Below, piece by piece: positions 8,613-14,675 of a stretch of DNA of 14,675 bases. Position 1 is the stretch's first letter; every line of letters starts with the position of its first letter. The notes under the pieces were generated by a model. It made no database searches. It was not told where the DNA came from and saw nothing but the letters and a program-made list of their open reading frames with translations. Made by a program: the position numbers and the translations under genes. Source of the DNA: a bacterium (GTDB lineage Bacteria; Acidobacteriota; Blastocatellia; HR10); assembly GCA_041640655.1 (NCBI GenBank), contig JBEPZV010000057.1, positions 1-14,675 on the forward strand. The letters run 5' to 3'.

Positions 8613-9500
8613 TCACGGTCCTTTCACAAAGGGCCGGTAGCTGTGAGTGGCGCGAAGGGTGACATCTGCGCGGGAGACGCGCACCTGAATCGTATGCCCT
8701 CGCTTCGGGTTCGGCGGATGCGAAGACACGTATCCCAGGACGTAATGCGAGCGGAGAGAGCGGGCCAACTCGACCAGGTTTCGATCGAGATCCGCACCGG
8801 TGCGATAGAGCTCGCCGCCGGTTGTCGCCGCCAGCCATTCGAGGTACTCGCTCTTGGCCGAAGCACGCGGGGTGACGTGAATGGGATAGATGGTGACGAA
8901 ACTGCGGCGAGCTAGCTGGAGCGTCTCATCGCGTCGCGCCTCCGTACTGCCGCGATCCCGGCCATCGCTCACAAGAAGCAAAGCCGTGCGCGCCTCCGTT
9001 TGTTCTTGGAGGCGTTCGAGCGCAATGACCACAGCGTCGTAGAGCTTGGTCGTGTCCGTTGGATCGCGCATCGGCTCCAGACGTCGAAGCACTTCGCGCA
9101 GTCGGTCCACGTTGAACGTGAAATCGGATTCAAGCGCCACGCGGCTGCTGAAGGAGATCACCGAGACCTCATCATAGGGTCCGAGGTGAAGGAGGAATTC
9201 CAGCACGGCATCGAGCGCTTGTGCGAGCCCGAAGGCAACGCTCGGGCTTCGATCCACGAGCAGGATGATCCGCAGCGGGGCGCGCGGTGGGAGAAATCGT
9301 TCGATGCGTTGCTCTTCTCCAAGCTCGAGGATGGTGAACTCCTCCTGGCGCATGTCGGTGACCGGTCGCCCGGCGCGATCGAAGACGGCGACGTTGACGC
9401 GGACCATGGGCTCTCGCCCCTGCGGGGGAGATGTGGGGGAAAGCGCCTGGCTCCAGGCGAGTCCCAACAGAAGTGTTGCCCCGAGGACCGACCCGCGCAT
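8613..9500 (-). CDS. Secreted von Willebrand factor A domain protein (Acidobacterial VWFA type)
   Basis: Signal peptide, VRVNVAVFDRAGRPV, MIDAS motif DRSPS, TKLYDAV, LLVSDGRD, LAATTGG, YVLGY. Confidence 0.9.
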   Translation of the reverse strand: MRGSVLGATLLLGLAWSQALSPTSPPQGREPMVRVNVAVFDRAGRPVTDMRQEEFTILELGEEQRIERFLPPRAPLRIILLVDRSPSVAFGLAQALDAVLEFLLHLGPYDEVSVISFSSRVALESDFTFNVDRLREVLRRLEPMRDPTDTTKLYDAVVIALERLQEQTEARTALLLVSDGRDRGSTEARRDETLQLARRSFVTIYPIHVTPRASAKSEYLEWLAATTGGELYRTGADLDRNLVELARSLRSHYVLGYVSSHPPNPKRGHTIQVRVSRADVTLRATHSYRPFVKGP

Positions 9501-9504
9501 AGAT

Positions 9505-11235
9505 TCAGTGGAGGCTGAGGGTCATCAGAAGCGGCTCGCGCTCCCGGACGATGCGGAGCGTCACAGCGTCGCCCGAGAGTGCGCGAAGCGCGCGGAGTAG
9601 GTCCGATCGGGTGCGGACGGGCGACGAGCCGACCCCCACAATCACGTCTCCGGCGCGCGCGCCCGCTCGAGCGGCTGGCCCATTGGGCATCACCTCCAAA
9701 ATGAGGACGCCTCTCTGCACGCCGAAGAAGTCCGCCAGTTGCTCGGTCAAATCCATCACACGTAGCCCCCATCGGGTCAATGCCCCTTGTGCCGTCAGCT
9801 CGTGCCAGTTCTCCGGCGAGAGCGCCGAGGATGGGGGAGGCGGCGGGGGCTCCGAGATCACGCCGCTTGGGCGCACCTCGATGGGAATGAGCAGTTGCCG
9901 CACCTCACCCTCGCGCCAAATCTTCACCGGGACCGAGGCGCCAACAGGGGTTTGGGCGATCATGTCTGCCAGTGCCTCGACCGACGTGACGGCTTGATCG
10001 CGATATTGAAGGACGACGTCACCTGCGCGCATCCCGGCGCGTTCAGCCGGCCCTCCGGCGATCACTTCGGTCGCGATCACGGCCGCCCCTGGCACTGAGG
10101 GGAACGCCGCGCGCTCGGCGTCTCCCAGATCCGCGAGATTCGCCGCGCGGATGCCGATCCATCCGCGCGTGGGGGCAGCGCGCGTCGCTCGGGCCGTGGC
10201 TCGCAGGGCCTCAGCCGATGCCCTCTCCTGGGCCTTCGCCGCCAGGGCACGCGCTCTGGTGAGAAGCCGCAAGGTCAGGGCGCGCAGACTCTCGGTCGAG
10301 CGCACAATGTAAGCTCCAGGCGCTTGCTCTTCCGCCACTCCGAGTACTTCGCCCTTCTCCGTGACAATGACGCCTCCGTCCGCCGACCAATTCGCTTGGG
10401 GTAACTCCAGAAGGAACGTCGGTCGGCTCGAAGCCGGCTCCGCGTCCTCAGTGCGATCGCGAGGGGCGGCCGAGAGCGCGGCTGCGATCTTCAAGCGCGC
10501 GGCCTCCAGCTTGAATTTCATCGGCAACAGGTGGCGCCACGAGAGTGGTTCGCTGCTGCCCGTCGGAGTCGCATCGGTGCGTTCGGCAGGTCGAAGCCTA
10601 CGGGCACCACCCGCAGGGGCGATCTCGGGGACCTGCGCGAGGACCTTCACCGGAGCGTCCGGCGACCAGCTCGTCCCCTCGCGCACGAAAGGCGGGGGAG
10701 CGATACCCAGCGCGGGGACCTCTAAGACGGCGTATCCGGTGACCTCATCACATTCCACGAGCGTCGGTCGCAAAGCCCGGCCATCGCGCGTCAACACGGT
10801 CACGTCGGCTTCTCCTGAGCCCGCCGGGATCGCGCTCATCAAACGCACCAGGACGCGGCCGCGCTCATCCACGACCAGACCTGTCGTGATGTTTGTGATC
10901 TGCTGCGATCGGGTCAAGCCGTCGAGCGCCGAAGCTTGAATCCCCTGGCGCCGCAGACTCTCCAGCAGATCACGCACGCTGATCCGATGAATGACCGTCA
11001 CCAGCCAGGGGGGCGGCAGCGACTCTGGGCCTTCACGGAGAGCGGGTTCCCCTCGCTGCGTCACGGTCGCCAAAGGCTCACTTTTGAGAGCGTGGGGGGA
11101 GAGTGCCTGAGCGAACGTGAGGCTCCCGCTGAGGGCGAGCCCCACGACGATTCTCAGGCTGAGTCTTGAGCCCTTCGGTCGCCTCCGAAGAGCGCCCTGT
11201 CGGTGCGTCATCGCCTTTCCCATCTTTCGGACCAT
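9505..11235 (-). CDS. HtrA/DegP-like protein with degenerate trypsin-like domain and two PDZ domains (probable pseudoprotease)
   Basis: Signal-like segment IVVGLALSGSLTFAQA. TTGLVVDERGRVL, DEVTGYAVLEV and ADGGVIVTEKGEVLGV align to HtrA blocks. PDZ1 is GWIGI..GPAERAGMRAGDVVL and PDZ2 is GPAARAGARAGDVIV. The start is uncertain (11235, 11223 or 11211). Confidence 0.85.
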   Translation of the reverse strand: MVRKMGKAMTHRQGALRRRPKGSRLSLRIVVGLALSGSLTFAQALSPHALKSEPLATVTQRGEPALREGPESLPPPWLVTVIHRISVRDLLESLRRQGIQASALDGLTRSQQITNITTGLVVDERGRVLVRLMSAIPAGSGEADVTVLTRDGRALRPTLVECDEVTGYAVLEVPALGIAPPPFVREGTSWSPDAPVKVLAQVPEIAPAGGARRLRPAERTDATPTGSSEPLSWRHLLPMKFKLEAARLKIAAALSAAPRDRTEDAEPASSRPTFLLELPQANWSADGGVIVTEKGEVLGVAEEQAPGAYIVRSTESLRALTLRLLTRARALAAKAQERASAEALRATARATRAAPTRGWIGIRAANLADLGDAERAAFPSVPGAAVIATEVIAGGPAERAGMRAGDVVLQYRDQAVTSVEALADMIAQTPVGASVPVKIWREGEVRQLLIPIEVRPSGVISEPPPPPPSSALSPENWHELTAQGALTRWGLRVMDLTEQLADFFGVQRGVLILEVMPNGPAARAGARAGDVIVGVGSSPVRTRSDLLRALRALSGDAVTLRIVREREPLLMTLSLH

Positions 11236-11245
11236 TCGCGTGCGT

Positions 11246-11980
11246 TCAGAGGATCCTCCGCCGCTCCCCCGGTGCGAAGGATGCGGGCCGCAGCGGGAGC
11301 AGTCGCGAGCCAAAGACGACCGGCGGAATCGCCAGGATGCTCTCCTCTTGCGTCTCCTCATTTCGCAGGAGGAGGATCACCCCATCGTGAGAGAGAGGCG
11401 CGTCGGAGGGATCGGCCTCGCGACTCGCGAGGGCTTCGCTCACGATCGCCTCATCGCCATGACCCGACGTGTGATGAGGGGCGACTGAGGCGGGAACAGT
11501 CATCCGAGACATTCGGTTCCCCTCGGAGCGCGCAGGCGGAGCCACGCGAAGGCGCTTTTCAATAGCCACAGCCTCCTGGGCTTCGCGCGACGTCGCATTC
11601 GACGCCACCTCACGCGGCGCGGTTTCGGCGGATGAAGGGCTGGAGACGAAGGCGCGCGGTCCCTCCGGCCGTGATGAGCGTTCTCGCTCCAGGGTGAAGA
11701 GCAGCGCGATGGCGATCGCGCCTAGCGCCGCCACGGCGAGCGCGCGCGGCCAGAGCGCCGGCGGACGCGCGGCCGAAGCGCGCACTCGCGCGCGCACGCG
11801 ATGGGCGAAATCTTCGGGCACCGCCACTTCCGCGAGCGCCGCCAACGCGCGCCGCAATCGGCTCAGCTCCTCCATGTAGGCGCGACAAGTCGCGCACTCG
11901 GCCACATGCGCGCGCGCCCAGCTCGGGATCGGCCGATCCGGCTCCCACTCTCGTCGCAGACGTCCGCACGTCATCGCCAT
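11246..11980 (-). CDS. Zinc-binding (ZAS/zf-HC2) transmembrane anti-sigma factor
   Basis: HVAECATC (HxxxCxxC) and one TM helix ALAVAALGAIAIALLFTL. Begins 7 nt after the sigma stop, with SD GAGGAG. Confidence 0.88.
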   Translation of the reverse strand: MAMTCGRLRREWEPDRPIPSWARAHVAECATCRAYMEELSRLRRALAALAEVAVPEDFAHRVRARVRASAARPPALWPRALAVAALGAIAIALLFTLERERSSRPEGPRAFVSSPSSAETAPREVASNATSREAQEAVAIEKRLRVAPPARSEGNRMSRMTVPASVAPHHTSGHGDEAIVSEALASREADPSDAPLSHDGVILLLRNEETQEESILAIPPVVFGSRLLPLRPASFAPGERRRIL

Positions 11981-11987
11981 TTGCTCC

Positions 11988-12707
11988 TCACTCCGAGAGA
12001 TACCCCCGCAACTTCTCGCGCAGGAAATTCCGCGCGCGATTGATGCGGGATTTCACCGTGCCCAGGGGAAGACCCAAGACCTCCGCGATCTGCTCATACT
12101 CCAGTCCCTGGATGTCGCGAAGGATGATCGCCGCGCGATATTTCTCCGGCAACGAGGCGACGGCTCGCGCGATGATCCGCCGCTGCTCCTCGTGCAGGAT
12201 CTGTGCGTCCGGCAGCGGCCGCGGATCCGGGAGGTCGAACGGGCGTTCATCCCCCTCGCCATCTCTCGCGGCGAAGAAGGAGACGAGCGAGAGCATATTC
12301 CACCGCTTCCGACGCCGCAGCTCGCTGATGGCGAGGTTTGTCGCGATCTTGTAGAGGTAAGTCGAGAAGTTGTGATTCGCGCGATACCGATGGGCGTTCC
12401 GGTACAGACGCACGAACGTCTCCTGCGCCAGGTCCAGGGCCGTCTCGTAATCGTTCAGCAGGCGATAGAGATAACCGGTCATCGGCGATTGGTATCGTCG
12501 GACCAGCTCATCGAAGGCTCCGTCATCCCCATCCCGCACCGCCGCCATCAGGTCATGATCGCTCCAGCACGCATATCCCGACATCGGCCACGTCGGCTCT
12601 TGAGAAGGAGCGTGAGAGGGCCTATCCCCTTCGGCCCTGTGGGCGATCACCTCCACCTGCGCGATTGTCGGCCCCATAATGTGCTCGTCACCAGCATCCA
12701 TTGACAC
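11988..12707 (-). CDS. ECF sigma-70 factor (RpoE/SigW-like)
   Basis: Region 2 AFDELVRRYQ..DLAQETF..FSTYLYKIATN and region 4 LPEKYRAAIILRDIQGLEYEQIAEVLGLPLGTVKSRINRAR. The true start may be the ATG at 12701 or 12677. Confidence 0.95.
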   Translation of the reverse strand: MSMDAGDEHIMGPTIAQVEVIAHRAEGDRPSHAPSQEPTWPMSGYACWSDHDLMAAVRDGDDGAFDELVRRYQSPMTGYLYRLLNDYETALDLAQETFVRLYRNAHRYRANHNFSTYLYKIATNLAISELRRRKRWNMLSLVSFFAARDGEGDERPFDLPDPRPLPDAQILHEEQRRIIARAVASLPEKYRAAIILRDIQGLEYEQIAEVLGLPLGTVKSRINRARNFLREKLRGYLSE

Positions 12708-12730
12708 GATCCGCCGTCCCGAAGAGTTCC
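12703..12730 (-). promoter_or_regulatory. Candidate autoregulatory ECF promoter of the sigma operon
   Basis: Minus strand GGAAC (12730-12726), N17, CGTGTC (12708-12703). If real, it favours the ATG at 12677. Confidence 0.55.
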
Positions 12731-12755
12731 AAAAAAAGCGCCTCCTGGTCGCCCT
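12731..12755 (-). terminator. Possible weak intrinsic terminator after the DUF6941-like gene
   Basis: Minus strand AGGGCG-A-CC-AGGA-GG-CGCTTTTTTT: an imperfect stem followed by T7. Confidence 0.35.
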
Positions 12756-13207
12756 CAGTGAACCCGACCTCCGATGGGCGGCACAAGAGGGAATCGCCGC
12801 GCTTCCTCCTCCGAGAGGAGGCCGACGGGCAGGGGCTGCTCGTGAAAGAGCGCCGAGTTCACCAGTGTTTGGACGATGTAGGTCCCTGTGGCGGGGAACG
12901 TCACATTAGCGAAGATGGTCACATTGTCCGCATAGCCGCCGGACGGGATGGAGAAACTGGCCGGATGCGACGCGGCGATGGCTTGTTTTCGATCCGGGGA
13001 GAGAATACGGACTTCCGAGAGATATGTCCCCTCGCCGCGCCAGTGATGAACAATGGCGAACTTCAGGATCGTCGCCGGGAGGTGAGGAACGAAGATCGCC
13101 GAGAAGACGCCGATGAAGGTCAACTTGTTCCCCACCTCCAGGCGGACATCGTCGCACAGGATCGAATAGACCAGCTCGATCGGCAGTACGGACGGAGTCT
13201 GTGTCAT
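12755..13207 (-). CDS. Conserved hypothetical protein, DUF6941-like
   Basis: ATG 13207 with SD GGGGAG. The ILCDDVRLEVGNKLTFIGVF N-terminal motif and FPATGTYIV resemble this beta-sandwich family (from recall, not searched). Confidence 0.75.
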   Translation of the reverse strand: MTQTPSVLPIELVYSILCDDVRLEVGNKLTFIGVFSAIFVPHLPATILKFAIVHHWRGEGTYLSEVRILSPDRKQAIAASHPASFSIPSGGYADNVTIFANVTFPATGTYIVQTLVNSALFHEQPLPVGLLSEEEARRFPLVPPIGGRVH

Positions 13208-13238
13208 GCCATTGAACTCCCCGGCGGGCGCGACCGAC

Positions 13239-13667
13239 TCAGCGCCAGAGCCGTCGGGCCTTGAATTCGCGCTCCTCGCGCGTCCCATCGGCTCGGGCGA
13301 TCGTCATCCTCCCGACCAGCTCCTGTTCGGTCATGCGCCCGGTGAAGCGCAGGGTCATCCCCTTGGCGCCGACGGTGAAGGAGACGCGCCCATCGTGGGC
13401 CGTCCCTCTGAGGCGGTATGCCGTCCCCTCCATATTCCCATCGAAGAGGACATACGTGCCGCTCAACTGATCCCCTCGCCGCGTGATGACGATATTGGCG
13501 CCCACGAGCGTCTGTCGTTCGGCGCTCCACTTCACGTTCGAGTAGCGGCGCGTGACCGCCGGCTCCTGAGCGCCTTCGGGCGCGGTCGGCGCCTGGGCTG
13601 AGATCATGAGGCCGTTCAGAACGAAGATCCCTCCCACCACGCCTGAGACAAGATACCGTCCCTTCAT
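13239..13667 (-). CDS. Hypothetical secreted beta-rich protein
   Basis: Perfect SD AAGGAGG 8 nt before ATG 13667. Signal-like N-terminus ending AQA, followed by alternating beta-strand patterns (LSGTY, LRGT, VSFTV, LRFTGRM, LVGRM). Confidence 0.75.
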   Translation of the reverse strand: MKGRYLVSGVVGGIFVLNGLMISAQAPTAPEGAQEPAVTRRYSNVKWSAERQTLVGANIVITRRGDQLSGTYVLFDGNMEGTAYRLRGTAHDGRVSFTVGAKGMTLRFTGRMTEQELVGRMTIARADGTREEREFKARRLWR

Positions 13668-13720
13668 CCTGTGTTCCTCCTTACTCATCGTTCTCAACCC
13701 CCCTGATGGAAAGCCTTTTT

Positions 13721-13749
13721 ATCATAGCACACAACAGCGCGGTTCGCAG
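13721..13749 (-). promoter_or_regulatory. Extended -10 sigma70 promoter for the leftward genes
   Basis: Minus strand TGcTATGAT (13729-13721), with CTGCGA 17 nt upstream of the -10 hexamer. Confidence 0.55.
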
Positions 13750-13816
13750 CCGACTGCGCGCGATCCCCGAAGGGGCCGGGGCTTTCGGAAAATTTTCGAC
13801 AAGGCTGTGGGACGAC

Positions 13817-13844
13817 TTGCGTTTGCCGGAAATTTTGTTATTAT
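13817..13844 (+). promoter_or_regulatory. Sigma70 promoter of the tRNA-tuf operon
   Basis: TTGCGT, 16 nt spacer, TATTAT with an extended TGn, in an AT-rich patch. Confidence 0.65.
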
Positions 13845-13911
13845 TTTGGTTTTGTCCGAGGCCAGATGGGGGGTCCGTCGCTGATGAGGTCGGGATCGCT
13901 CCATCGGGGAA

Positions 13912-13987
13912 GCCGGTGTAGCTCAGTTGGTAGAGCGGCTGACTTGTAATCAGCAGGTCGTGGGTTCGAATCCCGCCACCGGCTCCA
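13912..13987 (+). tRNA. tRNA-Thr(TGT)
   Basis: 76-nt cloverleaf. Acceptor stem GCCGGTG/CACCGGC, anticodon arm GCTGA-CTTGTAA-TCAGC, TTCGAAT T-loop, encoded CCA. Confidence 0.98.
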
Positions 13988-14012
13988 CGGGTCTTTGAAA
14001 AGGCGAAGCGGT

Positions 14013-14101
14013 GCAGGGGTGGCAGAGTGGCCAAATGCACCGGGCTGTAAACCCGGCGGGCTCCGTGCCCTTCGGAGGTTCGAATCCTTCCCCCTGCACC
14101 A
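14013..14101 (+). tRNA. tRNA-Tyr(GTA)
   Basis: Acceptor stem GCAGGGG/CCCCTGC, anticodon arm CCGGG-CTGTAAA-CCCGG, long variable arm GGGC-TCCGT-GCCC, ACCA end. Confidence 0.98.
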
Positions 14102-14134
14102 GCTCATTGTTCGTGGGCCACGTGGAGACATCGA

Positions 14135-14211
<77 letters not shown>

Positions 14212-14250
14212 ACTTTTTCTTTATGGCCGAACCGGGTAAGATTAGTCAGA

Positions 14251-14326
14251 GCCCACGTGGCGCAGTCGGTAGCGCACGTCCTTGGTAAGGACGGGGTCGC
14301 CGGTTCGAGTCCGGTCGTGGGCTCCA
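14251..14326 (+). tRNA. tRNA-Thr(GGT)
   Basis: 76 nt. Acceptor stem GCCCACG/CGTGGGC, anticodon arm CGTCC-TTGGTAA-GGACG, TCCA end. Confidence 0.98.
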
Positions 14327-14356
14327 GATCGAGACCACTTCGGGAAGGAGATTTCT

Positions 14357-14675
14357 ATGGCCAAGGAGCGGTTTGAGCGGACGAAGCCGCATGTGAATGT
14401 GGGGACGATCGGGCACATTGATCATGGGAAGACGACGTTGACGAGTGCGATCACGCGGGTGTTGCACAGTCGGAATCCGCGGGTGGTGTATCGGGATTTT
14501 TGGTCGATCGACAATGCGCCGGAGGAGCGGGCGCGGGGGATTACGATTGCGATTGCGCATGTGGAGTATGAGACGGAGCGGCGGCATTATGCGCATGTGG
14601 ATTGTCCGGGGCATGCGGATTACATCAAGAACATGATCACGGGGGCGGCGCAGATGGATGGGGCGATTTTGGTGG
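14357..14675 (+). CDS. tuf: Elongation factor Tu (5' part)
   Basis: SD AAGGAG. Translates as [29 protein letters not shown]...[14 protein letters not shown]...[27 protein letters not shown]. Classic thr-tyr-gly-thr-tufB arrangement. Confidence 0.99.
   Translation, partial: MAKERFERTKPHVNVGTIGHIDHGKTTLTSAITRVLHSRNPRVVYRDFWSIDNAPEERARGITIAIAHVEYETERRHYAHVDCPGHADYIKNMITGAAQMDGAILV

Noticed and set aside
2220..13900. Genomic island integrated at the tRNA cluster
   Set aside because: The block lies 5' of the tRNAs, has no integrase, transposase or tRNA 3'-end direct repeat, and its composition looks like that of alaS.
13881..13912. CTGATGA as a hammerhead ribozyme core
   Set aside because: There is no correctly placed GAAA after a stem II and no stems I/III could be built. 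The motif sits in a simple hairpin loop.
14111..14125. Spacer TCGTGGGCCACGTGG resembles the joined 3' and 5' ends of tRNA-Thr(GGT)
   Set aside because: Only two 8-nt matches, compatible with chance. There is no integrase or longer att-like duplication.

Overview
GC-rich bacterial chromosome segment, probably Acidobacteriota (inferred from an Acidobacterial-type VWA protein and an Oar-like TonB-dependent receptor). It lies between two housekeeping loci: alaS (minus strand, running off the left edge) and a Thr-Tyr-Gly-Thr tRNA cluster followed by tuf (running off the right edge). Between them are two convergent modules. On the + strand is a tldD-tldE pair with twin-arginine N-termini and a TonB-dependent receptor. 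All three carry GGGG(F/I)G-type Gly-rich inserts, and TldD has Asp where the Cys metal ligand is expected. On the - strand are a secreted hypothetical protein, a DUF6941-like protein, an ECF sigma factor, a zinc-finger anti-sigma factor, an HtrA-like two-PDZ protein that appears to lack all three catalytic residues, and a VWA protein. Three ECF-type promoter motifs (G[G/T]AAC-N17/18-CGT[C/G]) precede tldD, the receptor and the sigma gene, which hints that the two modules form one envelope peptide sensing, import and processing regulon. No mobile element or CRISPR array was seen. Family assignments come from motif recognition only; no database search was run.
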